A stretch of 64,000 nucleotides of DNA, taken from sequence record ON528732; one strand, written 5' to 3'. Both the position numbers and the translations under genes were made by a program. A model generated the notes under the pieces. The model was not told the origin of the DNA, ran no database searches, and saw nothing but the letters and a program-made list of their open reading frames with translations. Of the stretch, positions 1-8,361 are shown piece by piece. Each line of letters opens with the position of its first letter. The stretch's first letter is position 1. The stretch comes from Shigella phage ESh22.

Positions 1-20
1 TTCATAGGAATCTCCTAATT

Positions 21-98
21 TGGTGTTCCAAGACGGATTCGAACCGTCACTAATACAAGGTTTGAGCTTGCATCCTCTGCCAATTGGGATACTGGAAC
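21..98 (-). tRNA. tRNA, isotype undetermined (anticodon loop reads CAA but D-arm is atypical)
   Basis: Minus-strand T-arm GACGG-TTCGAAT-CCGTC, 7-bp acceptor pairing (GTTCCAG/TTGGAAC), encoded CCA. Confidence 0.6.
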
Positions 99-99
99 T

Positions 100-174
100 T
101 GGTACTCGCTGAAGGACTTGAACCTTCTTCACCAACTTGTAAGGATGGGGCTTTACCATATAAACTAAGCGAGC
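100..174 (-). tRNA. tRNA-Val (anticodon UAC)
   Basis: T-arm GGTTCAAGTCC, acceptor GCTCGCT/AGCGAGT, CCA encoded, loop CTTACAA. Confidence 0.7.
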
Positions 175-268
175 TTTAAAGAGGTCTGAAGTTGTGCCGC
201 TAACTCAACTCCGTGGAATTTGTTACGGTCTTCAGTTGACTCAAGCGGTCTTTCACTTGACCTCAAAT

Positions 269-345
269 TGGTGCTGCTCACAGGACTTGAACCCGCATCT
301 CCATCCTTACAAGGGATGTGTAATAGCCAATTATACGAAAGCAGC
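269..345 (-). tRNA. tRNA-Thr (anticodon UGU)
   Basis: T-arm GGTTCAAGTCC, acceptor GCTGCTT/GAGCAGC, CCA encoded, anticodon stem CATCC/GGATG with loop CTTGTAA. Confidence 0.7.
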
Positions 346-351
346 ATTATT

Positions 352-426
352 TGGAGCATCCAGAGGGAATCGAACCCTCAACCTCAGTTTGGAAGACTGT
401 AATTTTCCCGTTTAAACTATGGATGC
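352..426 (-). tRNA. tRNA-Gly (anticodon UCC)
   Basis: T-arm GGTTCGATTCC, acceptor GCATCCA/TGGATGC, CCA encoded, loop CTTCCAA. Confidence 0.7.
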
Positions 427-432
427 ACTAAT

Positions 433-508
433 TGGTGGAGAAGCAGGGAATTGAACCCTGTACTTAAGTTTGCAAAACTTATGTTTTAACCATGTAAACT
501 ACATCCCC
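433..508 (-). tRNA. tRNA-Ala (anticodon UGC)
   Basis: T-arm GGTTCAATTCC, acceptor GGGGATG/CTTCTCC (one mismatch), CCA encoded, anticodon stem TAAGT/ACTTA with loop TTTGCAA. Confidence 0.65.
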
Positions 509-514
509 GATATT

Positions 515-590
515 TGGTACAGGTGGAGGGAATTGAACCCATCATCTTACTGATTAAGAGTCAGCCGCATAACCATTTTGCTACACCTGC
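515..590 (-). tRNA. tRNA-Lys (anticodon CUU)
   Basis: T-arm GGTTCAATTCC, acceptor GCAGGTG/CACCTGT, CCA encoded, loop CTCTTAA. Confidence 0.7.
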
Positions 591-597
591 ACTAATT

Positions 598-675
598 TGG
601 TGGGAGACAAGGGATTCGAACCCTCAAACACCAACTTCTAAGGATGGTAGGTTTACCAATTACCGTCAATCTCCC
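598..675 (-). tRNA. tRNA, isotype undetermined (loop reads UAG but D-arm is atypical)
   Basis: T-arm GGTTCGAATCC, acceptor GGGAGAT/GTCTCCC, CCA encoded. Confidence 0.6.
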
Positions 676-922
676 ATTAAATCTTTGTAGAGAGCTTCCA
701 AGACTCCAAAGCAACAATGGTATATTATGCCTTGAAAACTCTCTAAAAAGACCTAAACAGTCTTTATATAGTCTTATTCAATCCGGTGACTAGAACCTTT
801 GGAGAGCTTGATACTATCTCTTCTCCGTGACACCTACTAGGTGCTTTATAGTCGTGCCGTGTACGCCAATACACGAGTAAAAACCGAGCTTGTTCGACGA
901 GCGCGGGAATTAAATCTTATTA

Positions 923-1009
923 GGCGGTAAGTAAAGGAGTCGAACCCTCACCGTATCTCTACAGTGGCAACTGTTTTCAAGACAGTTTGGCTACCATTAG
1001 CCGCTACCT
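923..1009 (-). tRNA. Type-II tRNA-like gene, Ser(UGA)-like anticodon arm, weak acceptor pairing; possibly degenerate
   Basis: T-arm GAGGG-TTCGACT-CCTTT, anticodon stem ACTGT/ACAGT with loop CTTGAAA, long variable region, no encoded CCA, only about 5 bp acceptor pairing. Confidence 0.4.
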
Positions 1010-1025
1010 ACCCCTAATGAGACTT

Positions 1026-1108
1026 TGGCATGGGACGGAGGAATCGAACCCCTTTGAGTAAGTTTTGGAGGCTTACGCACATGCCTTAGTGTCTTAACAT
1101 CGTCCCAT
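1026..1108 (-). tRNA. tRNA, 83 nt with extended D region; anticodon uncertain (possibly CCA/Trp)
   Basis: T-arm GGTTCGATTCC, perfect acceptor ATGGGAC/GTCCCAT, CCA encoded. Confidence 0.5.
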
Positions 1109-1268
1109 ACTATAATTCGAAGCTTACCGTATTATCACAACACTGTCAAGCCCCTTCTCAGATTATTTACATGTTCTGGAAAACATGAGATACAGACCAC
1201 CTCCTTATGAGATTGACTCTTTCAAGTCAATGCGGAGACCCATAAAGGTCGTCGTAGTAATCTGCTAA

Positions 1269-1616
1269 CTAATATTTTGCATGTCTTATTCTGTGGCAAT
1301 TTGCACAAAGTAACACACATTTATCAAGTTCATCCTTCAACTCTTTAGAGAATTTTAGGCTTTTCCTTCTACCAATACTAAAATCTTTTTCTGAAGGATT
1401 TAAATGATGAAAGTCATACACTGCCGGATGATACCTTTTACCACAATCGTAACATACACCACCTTTATACTCTATTGCGAGTATCTTTAAGTTTCTCTGT
1501 CTTTCGATTGTTTGCTCATTGACACACTGTTTACAGTATGAATGAGTCATCTTACCATCTTTCATGTAGAAATCATTATCATCCTTGTTCAGTTTACACT
1601 TTATACAAGTTCTCAT
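1269..1616 (-). CDS. HNH homing endonuclease embedded in the tRNA array
   Basis: 115 aa ORF; Cys-rich N-terminus (CxxC, CxxC) and C-terminal HNH-like motif YDFHHLNP...CVLLCANCHRIRH. Confidence 0.6.
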   Translation of the reverse strand: MRTCIKCKLNKDDNDFYMKDGKMTHSYCKQCVNEQTIERQRNLKILAIEYKGGVCYDCGKRYHPAVYDFHHLNPSEKDFSIGRRKSLKFSKELKDELDKCVLLCANCHRIRHAKY

Positions 1617-1631
1617 GATTTCATCCTAAAT

Positions 1632-1707
1632 TGGCACTCCGTATAGGACTCGAACCTATATATGAACTGTTTAGAAGACAGTTGCCTATCCTTTAGACTA
1701 ACGGAGC
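1632..1707 (-). tRNA. tRNA-Arg (anticodon UCU)
   Basis: T-arm GGTTCGAGTCC, acceptor GCTCCGT/ACGGAGT, CCA encoded, anticodon stem ACTGT/ACAGT with loop CTTCTAA. Confidence 0.7.
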
Positions 1708-1984
1708 ATTAACATTTTAAAGAGCACTCATTGCATTTAAGCCAAGCCCCATAAGGGATGCTCTTTAGAATGTTGCCCACTTTATTAATCATACCGTGGG
1801 CTAGTACGCCAAATTCTTTAACAGGGAGTTGGAATACCCTGCTGGTGTTTAGCCTATTAAGCTACTGCCAGAAAAACATTATCGTTTGCATTTATTTTTA
1901 AGTTTTTAAAATAGACGCTACGCTAACGAAAACTAAGGTTATCTTAAAGTGGTCACATCTGAAATGTCAACAACTTTATGAAAT

Positions 1985-2059
1985 TGGTTGTAGGTGAGGG
2001 TATCGAACCCTCTTCTAACGGTTATCAGCCGTTTGCATTACCATTTATGCTAACCCACA
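1985..2059 (-). tRNA. tRNA-Ile (anticodon GAU)
   Basis: T-arm GGTTCGATACC, acceptor TGTGGGT/ACCTACA, CCA encoded, anticodon stem AACGG/CCGTT with loop CTGATAA. Confidence 0.65.
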
Positions 2060-2061
2060 AT

Positions 2062-2138
2062 TGGAGGTTCAGGTGGGAATCGAACCCACATTCATAGGGC
2101 TTATGAGACCCTTGCATTACCTTATCTGCGACTGAACC
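2062..2138 (-). tRNA. tRNA-Met (anticodon CAU; could be elongator Met or Ile2)
   Basis: T-arm GGTTCGATTCC, acceptor GGTTCAG/CTGAACC, CCA encoded, loop CTCATAA. Confidence 0.65.
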
Positions 2139-2142
2139 ATTT

Positions 2143-2218
2143 TGGTAGAAGTGGAGGGATTCGAACCCATCGCCTGTCAGATTAAAAGTCTGCCGCATCA
2201 CCATTCTGCTACACTTCC
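2143..2218 (-). tRNA. tRNA-Lys (anticodon UUU)
   Basis: T-arm GGTTCGAATCC, acceptor GGAAGTG/CACTTCT, CCA encoded, loop CTTTTAA. Confidence 0.7.
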
Positions 2219-2639
2219 ATTAAATCATCTTTGCAGTAACCTACGCAAACCTTGCTAAAGGGTTTGTAGAGTTATCTCTTAGTAAGCTAATCTAGAATCA
2301 TGCTCAAGAGATTCATCGGCACTCATGGGACGATATATTAGCTCCATAAGTCACTGCAAAGAGGATTACCAGACCGTATCATCTTAAGTGCTACCATTAC
2401 ACCAACACGCCGTAACGTGTGAAGGAATCGAACCTTCTCCCTTTCTTTTATAGAGAATTAGATTGTTTAAATTGCTGTAAACGGTCTTCTGTAAATTTGT
2501 TGGAACCAGACCAAGTTTTAAATTTTTCAAATTAATTGGCTTGAAATATTTTTGTTGCTTGCTGAATTTGGTCTTCTGCTCCTTTAAAGAATACTCACAA
2601 GAACTCTTTAAGGGAGGGGCTAAAAAGCCCTCTCAAATT

Positions 2640-2717
2640 TGGCGGTTACGAAGGGATTCGAACCCTCATCATCCTCCGTGACAGGGAGGTATTTTAACCA
2701 GATTAAACTACATAACC
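2640..2717 (-). tRNA. tRNA-Asp (anticodon GUC)
   Basis: T-arm GGTTCGAATCC, acceptor GGTTATG/CGTAACC, CCA encoded, anticodon stem CCTCC/GGAGG with loop CTGTCAC. Confidence 0.75.
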
Positions 2718-2723
2718 TTTATT

Positions 2724-2811
2724 TGGTGCGCCGTGAAGGAGTCGAACCTACCGAGTCGTAATGACAAGCGATTTACAGTCGCCACCGCTTCCATCTACGG
2801 GATAACGACGC
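2724..2811 (-). tRNA. tRNA-Tyr (anticodon GUA), type II
   Basis: 88 nt with long variable arm, T-arm GGTTCGACTCC, acceptor GCGTCGT/ACGGCGC, CCA encoded, loop CTGTAAA. Confidence 0.7.
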
Positions 2812-2821
2812 ATTTAAATTT

Positions 2822-2898
2822 TGGCGGTTAGTCAGGGATTCGAACCCTGTGCCATTCGGTTAACAGCCGACCGCACATGCCTTATGTGCTTCCTAACC
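2822..2898 (-). tRNA. tRNA-Asn (anticodon GUU)
   Basis: T-arm GGTTCGAATCC, acceptor GGTTAGG/ACTAACC, CCA encoded, loop CTGTTAA. Confidence 0.65.
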
Positions 2899-2981
2899 GT
2901 GTTTAACATTACCAGACCGTATTCATTTTAATTTTCCGATAAAATTGTTTTTAAATTGCTGTAAACGGTCTTCTGTAAATT

Positions 2982-3058
2982 TGGAGGCGGGTGTTGGAGT
3001 CGAACCAACCGTTACCATGCTAATGAGACATGTGAGACGCCCTTTCTCTATACCCGCG
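2982..3058 (-). tRNA. tRNA with CAU anticodon (Met, fMet or Ile2); 1-72 mismatch
   Basis: T-arm GGTTCGACTCC, acceptor CGCGGGT/ACCCGCC with unpaired position 1, CCA encoded, loop CTCATTA. Confidence 0.55.
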
Positions 3059-3143
3059 ATTCTTAATGACCAGACCAAGCTTTTTATGTTTTCTATGCGC
3101 GAAAAGTAAAAGTTGTTTGCTGTATTTGGTCTTCTGTCAAATT

Positions 3144-3221
3144 TGGCGTTCCAGAAGGGACTTGAACCCTCAAAACTCCACATTGAAAGTGTGGTGACTT
3201 TACCAATTTGTCTACTGGAAC
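3144..3221 (-). tRNA. tRNA-Glu (anticodon UUC)
   Basis: T-arm GGTTCAAGTCC, perfect acceptor GTTCCAG/CTGGAAC, CCA encoded, anticodon stem CCACA/TGTGG with loop CTTTCAA. Confidence 0.75.
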
Positions 3222-3227
3222 ATAATT

Positions 3228-3307
3228 TGGTCTCCGTTGAAGGATTTGAACCCTCGACCCCTTGCTCCCAAAGCAAGTGCTGCTAAACCAAACTGAGCTA
3301 AACGGAG
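3228..3307 (-). tRNA. tRNA-Pro (anticodon UGG)
   Basis: T-arm GGTTCAAATCC, acceptor CTCCGTT/AACGGAG, CCA encoded, D-arm GCTCAGTTTGG, anticodon stem CTTGC/GCAAG with loop TTTGGGA. Confidence 0.7.
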
Positions 3308-3472
3308 ATAATCTTTTTAAACTCTATGAAACCACTATAACATTATTTTTTAGTGTTTGTCAAGAGGTTTTTTAAAACATTTTGAAAATCTTTTAGAAAA
3401 ACTCTTTTTCGTTTCGATGTAGAACATCTTACAGGGTATCAACAACCTTGTCAATACCCTTTTTAAAACTTT

Positions 3473-4888
3473 TTACCAATCGTAACGTTCAGACATTACT
3501 GCTTTTAGCATTACGCTGATTGGGTCAAACTTCTCACCACCAAGTAGAGCCTTTAATGTAGCTGGAGAGAACCCTGAAACCATTGCTACTCCGTTATCAT
3601 TAATAGACACTTCGCAGTTACCACCACGATTTGCCAGATACCAGAATACCAACTGAGGCATTTCATAACCTGATTCTTCATACTTACGACGAATTGCTTC
3701 GAAGTTAGTATTACCACGCTGACCATCAACAGAGTTAAACTGCATGTCAGAGAAGATGATAAGCTTACGTGGCATTGCATCTTGAGTCAAGTTATTTCTT
3801 TTACCAATTTCAAGAATCCTGTCAAAAGCAGCTTGAAGGTTTGTTGAACCATACTCTACATGTGACATGACCTGAGCCATACGATTCTTCAGAGAGCCAC
3901 TTAGAGTGATAAAGAATGGATTTGTGGAGTAAACCATTAACTCATCTTTAAAACACCCTGTATTGCGTTCTGCGACGTATAACGCCAAAGATACACCAAT
4001 ATCAAGAGCGTCTACAGAACCGTGACGTTCACACGTCATAGAGCCTGATACGTCAGTCATGCAAAGAATGTTTTCACCACCCTTCATCCAGTTTGGCAGT
4101 GCTTTCCATTGCTCATTAGCCACTTCACTACGACCGTACTTCACAGCTTTGGTGATATCATATGGGTAAACAGCACCAGCGTTAATCTTGGTAGTACCCT
4201 CTGTCAGAGCTTTTACATACTCTGCATAACGTTCTCCACCTTTTCGTGTGAACAATTTCTGATAACGTGCAGCAGCCAGTGAAGGAAGCTTGCTGTAATC
4301 AATCTCACCAAACTCATTTGCAGAAATCTTTTGCTCTACGGTATCTGACAGTGCTGATAACATCAGACGATACTCTTTCTGGCTTAGATTTGCAAACTTG
4401 CAGAAACGCTTTACAAAATTCATGTGACGCTTCTTAACTCTTGGCAGCCACTTAGCAGCTAACGCTGAAGTGTTTGGGTCCAACAGTCCTTGCTCAATGT
4501 GCTTGAAAGCATCAGTCTCGTAACGAGTACCTACGAAGATTTTGAAGTCATCATAACGACCTAGTTCAGAAATCTTAGCCATGATACGCAGAACTTGGAA
4601 CTCATCAAGTATGTTGGTTCTGATAGATTCTGATAGGACAGTTCTGAATGCTTTACGTTCTCCCATACCTTCTCGTGCATCTCGCATATGAAGTAAGATT
4701 CGAACCGCTACATCGATATCTTCTCGCAGAGCTTTGTAAAACAGATTTGGTAGAGTCTCTGGGTAGTTACGGCTTGAACCAGCAGCCTTATAAAAGTCTA
4801 CCAAGGCAGACATTGAGGTCAGATGGTTAACAGCACCATTTTCAGTCAAACCAGCATGTAATTTTGCGTGGTTAAATAATTCGCTCAT
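3473..4888 (-). CDS. vWA-domain protein (MIDAS DxSGS motif) with N-terminal helical domain; DUF2828/TROVE-like architecture
   Basis: Track ORF 3473..4957; start moved to ATG at 4888 (MSELFNHAKL). C-terminal motif LCMTDVSGSM typical of vWA MIDAS. Confidence 0.5.
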   Translation of the reverse strand: MSELFNHAKLHAGLTENGAVNHLTSMSALVDFYKAAGSSRNYPETLPNLFYKALREDIDVAVRILLHMRDAREGMGERKAFRTVLSESIRTNILDEFQVLRIMAKISELGRYDDFKIFVGTRYETDAFKHIEQGLLDPNTSALAAKWLPRVKKRHMNFVKRFCKFANLSQKEYRLMLSALSDTVEQKISANEFGEIDYSKLPSLAAARYQKLFTRKGGERYAEYVKALTEGTTKINAGAVYPYDITKAVKYGRSEVANEQWKALPNWMKGGENILCMTDVSGSMTCERHGSVDALDIGVSLALYVAERNTGCFKDELMVYSTNPFFITLSGSLKNRMAQVMSHVEYGSTNLQAAFDRILEIGKRNNLTQDAMPRKLIIFSDMQFNSVDGQRGNTNFEAIRRKYEESGYEMPQLVFWYLANRGGNCEVSINDNGVAMVSGFSPATLKALLGGEKFDPISVMLKAVMSERYDW

Positions 4889-4966
4889 AATACTCTCTCT
4901 TCTCTCATTGTTGTTGATGAGACAGACTCTAAAGTAACCAATAAAGTCTGTCAACACCTTTTTAAA

Positions 4967-5338
4967 TTATTTCTTCAGAGTTGCTACAGCAGAGAACGTT
5001 GGTTTGTTGTCTTGTGGTTTCTCTCCACCCTTTTCACCACCACCTTTAACATCTGCTGCAATTGCTTTCATCTCACCTGCTGAGTGAGTCATGATAGTTT
5101 TACCAGCTTCCATCATCGACTTCAAATTGACTTCATCAGGCTTGAGTCCAAACTCTGCCAGCTTTGTAGCATCCCTTGTAACAATTGCTTCAAATAACTT
5201 TGCAGCAAACTCTGCTGAGTTGTCAATGGTTAGTTGAGCTTTTACAAGAGAACTCTTGTTACGTGAACCTTTTGGTCTCCCAGAAGGGTTACCAGATTGA
5301 CCTTTTTTAAACTGGCCTTTGTTTGTTCTTTTGGTCAT
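4967..5338 (-). CDS. hypothetical protein with GNPxGRPKG motif (DUF5681-like)
   Basis: 123 aa ORF, basic N-terminus KGQSGNPSGRPKGSRN, terminator-free operon partner of the vWA gene. Confidence 0.4.
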   Translation of the reverse strand: MTKRTNKGQFKKGQSGNPSGRPKGSRNKSSLVKAQLTIDNSAEFAAKLFEAIVTRDATKLAEFGLKPDEVNLKSMMEAGKTIMTHSAGEMKAIAADVKGGGEKGGEKPQDNKPTFSAVATLKK

Positions 5339-5589
5339 TCAACCTCCTACTATGAAGACTTCTTAAAAGGCTTTTAAGATAAGAGATAGATATCCAGAAA
5401 GATATCTGTTTAAATAGCCTTTTTAGAAGAGTCTTTTAAGTTATCTTCTAAGTGTTTTATTACACTACATCTTGTCAATCCCCTTGTCAAGTAAAATTTT
5501 TAGGTTGCAATAGTTCTTGACTTGTTGTATGGATTACTGTACCATCTTACTTAAAGCTGTAGGTCTGCTTTATCTACAAAGGAGACTAA

Positions 5590-5751
5590 ATGAGAAAACT
5601 AACAAAGAAGAAAAAGGGTAATAATACCAATCACTGTAAGGAATCAAAACGTGTGGAAGCAATCCACTATACATCCTCTGAAATTGGTTTGTACCTATAT
5701 TTTCAAAATTATAGACGACAAGAGGATTACTTATGTGTAGCTCCCAATTAG
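5590..5751 (+). CDS. small hypothetical protein (53 aa)
   Basis: ATG at 5590 preceded by AAGGAGA Shine-Dalgarno 6 nt upstream; overlaps track ORF 5733..5966. Confidence 0.3.
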   Translation: MRKLTKKKKGNNTNHCKESKRVEAIHYTSSEIGLYLYFQNYRRQEDYLCVAPN

Positions 5752-5959
5752 AAATCACAGATATTATTGATTTGTACCAAACTGCAAAGAGTCATGGGTA
5801 TATAGCTTCGATTGGTAAGAATAAGCACTATGATGCTTTAACTGGTATGTATTTCAGAGCTATCGCTCAATCTAGTGAACAAGTGTTAATGGTTTCTTCC
5901 AGTGAATTTGCTTCATTTCTCTATTGCAGCAAGATTATTAACCGCAGGAGAACAGGTAA

Positions 5960-6550
5960 ATGTTAAACGTGAGTTTTAATTACAACGGTGATGGTTCTGT
6001 ATCAATTACTTCACCGTATTCTGATGACCTTCTAAAAGAATTGGTCAATCAGTGTGAAAGAGGTATGCACTATGTTCCAAGCTCATTTAAGCAGAAGACT
6101 ATTGCAAACAACCTTATGCGTGTGACTGTACAATCCAGAAATCCAGACTACACAATTGATGGTGAAAGCCCATATTCATTAATGGCTCTTGGTGCTAATA
6201 GTGAATTTAAGCTTGTATGTCACGATTCAGAGACATTCTTCAAAGTGTTCTCTAACCTCATCCATAACTCAAAGTATAGTTATGTATCTGGCTCAACATC
6301 ATTCTATCCAGCAAACTACACATGTAATCTTATTGATAATATGAGAGAGCGTGAAAGCATTGCTACAGAGATTTCTTTTGATGTGAACACTTCACCAGAA
6401 TCAACCCCAAGTAATGACTTTGATATGTCGTATGCTTTATCTCTGAGTAAGAAATCTGATTTCATTGATTACGTCAATGGGTTTGGATTTAAGTTGGACG
6501 AGACAATGAATCTCAAAAAACTTAAAAATATGCTTAAGACGATGGCTTAA
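5960..6550 (+). CDS. hypothetical protein
   Basis: 196 aa ORF followed by rho-independent terminator at 6557-6578. Confidence 0.5.
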   Translation: MLNVSFNYNGDGSVSITSPYSDDLLKELVNQCERGMHYVPSSFKQKTIANNLMRVTVQSRNPDYTIDGESPYSLMALGANSEFKLVCHDSETFFKVFSNLIHNSKYSYVSGSTSFYPANYTCNLIDNMRERESIATEISFDVNTSPESTPSNDFDMSYALSLSKKSDFIDYVNGFGFKLDETMNLKKLKNMLKTMA

Positions 6551-6556
6551 GTTTTT

Positions 6557-6578
6557 GGGGCGAAAGCCCCTTTTTATT
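6557..6578 (+). terminator. rho-independent terminator
   Basis: Hairpin GGGGCGAAAGCCCC followed by TTTTTATTT. Confidence 0.6.
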
Positions 6579-6593
6579 TGTTAAGGAAAGATA

Positions 6594-6962
6594 ATGAAGG
6601 CAAAGAGTAAAAAAGACTTTTATTGCTTCCTACAATCTTATGTCCAAAGTGTTCAAGAAGGTGAAAGGTATAATCTTGATGATGTACTTCCGACACCCTT
6701 AACATGGCGTGATAGTAAATGGCCTGAGAAGGATATCAACCCAACTACAGCTACCGTTAAATACATCCCAAAAACTGACCTACCAGATTCTGAAGAGTTA
6801 CTTTATCCGATGTTTCATATTGTTGGTCTAGGGACGTTCTTAATGGACATTCAGTATGTAATGGGAAAGGGTTATAAGATTGAAGGTGTTGTAGTTGGTG
6901 ATGTATCACCTCAACACAAAGGTTATTTCAGACTAAACGCAAGATTAGAGGCTAATAAATGA
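6594..6962 (+). CDS. hypothetical protein, paralogue of the N-terminal domain of the next gene
   Basis: 122 aa; shares EELLYxxx...FxMDxQY block with 6959..7843 product. Confidence 0.5.
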   Translation: MKAKSKKDFYCFLQSYVQSVQEGERYNLDDVLPTPLTWRDSKWPEKDINPTTATVKYIPKTDLPDSEELLYPMFHIVGLGTFLMDIQYVMGKGYKIEGVVVGDVSPQHKGYFRLNARLEANK

Positions 6963-7843
6963 TTAAAGCAAAAACATATCCAGATTTTAAAGAGTTCGTA
7001 AAAGTTTTTATTGCGAATGTTAAAGCTGGTAAGAGATACGACTTCAGAACGTATCAAGAAGCTGTGCTACCACTGACATATAGCTCTCCGTGGCCTGAGT
7101 CAGACATTGCTGAGGTTACCGATTTCAACTACACCCCAAGCTACACAGTTCCATTCTCTGAAGAACTCCTATACTCTGTAGGTGCTCAAATGAGAACTTC
7201 TGACTTCTTCATGGACTTACAATATGCAATTATCAATGGTAAAGACGTTGATACAGTTTATTGTGAATGGCTGGCAAGAGTTAAACCTTTCTCAATGCTG
7301 AATGCTAAACTGATTGATGCAGTTGTGCCACCAGCTATCACTACGCAGCCAACTAACCAAACTGTTAATGAGGGTGGTACTCTAACCTTGACAGTTGTTG
7401 CTACAAATGCAACTGGTTACCAGTGGAAGAAGGGTGCTTCTAACATCTCTGGTGCAACTTCTGCAACATACACTAAAACAAACGTAACCCCTGCTGATGC
7501 TGGGTCTTATACCTGTGTAGTTACTGGTGATGGAGGCACTACAGTTACTTCAAATGCTGCAACGGTCACTGTGAATGCACTTCCTGTAATAACTCAACAG
7601 CCAGCAAACCAAGAAATCACTGAAGGTGACACACTGACTCTTGATATTGTTGCAACCGGAGCTACAGGTTACCAGTGGAAGAAAGATAATGTAGAAATCT
7701 CTGGTGCTACAGCAGCAACCTACACCAAAGAGAATACTACGACTGCTGGTGATGCAGGAAGCTATGTATGTGTAGTTACTGGAGCAGGTGGAAGTGTTAC
7801 TTCAAACCCAGCTACTGTAGTGGTTAACGCAGTAGGAGGTTAA
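6959..7843 (+). CDS. Ig-like domain protein (two tandem Ig-like repeats); possible virion decoration or adhesin
   Basis: 294 aa; C-terminal duplicated blocks QPxNQxxxEGxTLTLxxVATxATGYQWKK...AGSYxCVVTG. Confidence 0.5.
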   Translation: MIKAKTYPDFKEFVKVFIANVKAGKRYDFRTYQEAVLPLTYSSPWPESDIAEVTDFNYTPSYTVPFSEELLYSVGAQMRTSDFFMDLQYAIINGKDVDTVYCEWLARVKPFSMLNAKLIDAVVPPAITTQPTNQTVNEGGTLTLTVVATNATGYQWKKGASNISGATSATYTKTNVTPADAGSYTCVVTGDGGTTVTSNAATVTVNALPVITQQPANQEITEGDTLTLDIVATGATGYQWKKDNVEISGATAATYTKENTTTAGDAGSYVCVVTGAGGSVTSNPATVVVNAVGG

Positions 7844-7845
7844 AA

Positions 7846-8310
7846 ATGCAATTATCCCCTCAAGGATTGGAAGCTATCAAGTTCTTTGAGGGTCTTCGTT
7901 TAGAAGCCTACAAAGACTCTGCTGGTATTCCTACAATTGGTTATGGTACAATCCGTATCAATGGTCAACCTGTCAAGATGGGTATGAAAATCACTGAAGC
8001 CCAAGCTAACAGTTATCTACTTGCTGATGTTGAGAAGTTTGTAGTAGCTGTGAACAAAGCTATCAATGCTCCAACTACCCAGAATGAATTTGACGCACTG
8101 GTTATTGAAACCTACAACATCGGTATTGGGGCTATGAAGGAATCAACCTTCATGAAGCGTCACAATGCTGGTAACAAAGTTGGCTGTGCAGAAGCTATGC
8201 AGTGGTGGAATAAGGTAACCATCAACGGTCAGAAAGTTGCTTCTAAAGGTCTGACAAACAGACGTAGAATGGAAGCGAAGATTTATCTTGACGCGGTATA
8301 TCCAAAGTAA
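7846..8310 (+). CDS. endolysin, GH24 phage lysozyme
   Basis: 154 aa; FEGLRLEAYKDSAGIPTIGYG matches T4/lambda lysozyme catalytic region. Confidence 0.8.
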   Translation: MQLSPQGLEAIKFFEGLRLEAYKDSAGIPTIGYGTIRINGQPVKMGMKITEAQANSYLLADVEKFVVAVNKAINAPTTQNEFDALVIETYNIGIGAMKESTFMKRHNAGNKVGCAEAMQWWNKVTINGQKVASKGLTNRRRMEAKIYLDAVYPK

Positions 8311-8320
8311 TATATTCATA

Positions 8321-8345
8321 GGCTCCTTCGGGAGCCTTTTTTATT
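8321..8345 (+). terminator. rho-independent terminator
   Basis: Hairpin GGCTCCTTCGGGAGCC followed by TTTTTTATTTT. Confidence 0.65.
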
Positions 8346-8361
8346 TTCTAAGGAGAAAACT

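Noticed and set aside
165-415. Three track ORFs (165..359 minus, 194..415 plus, 220..402 plus)
   Set aside because: They lie across the tRNA-Thr and tRNA-Gly genes and have no RBS; treated as spurious.
676-920. Possible additional tRNA in the gap between tRNA 598-675 and the Ser-like gene
   Set aside because: No T-loop-type motif with a matching acceptor stem was found on either strand.
2414-2440. T-arm-like hairpin GAAGG-TTCGATT-CCTTC
   Set aside because: No acceptor-stem partner or anticodon arm could be found, so it is not called as a tRNA gene; kept as a possible remnant in the findings.
2923-3276. Track ORF of 117 aa on the minus strand
   Set aside because: It spans two tRNA genes (2982-3058 and 3144-3221) and the repeated flank element; its composition reflects tRNA sequence.
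5570-5758. Minus-strand 62-aa ORF in the divergent intergenic region
   Set aside because: No RBS, and it overlaps a plus-strand small ORF that has a strong AAGGAGA site.
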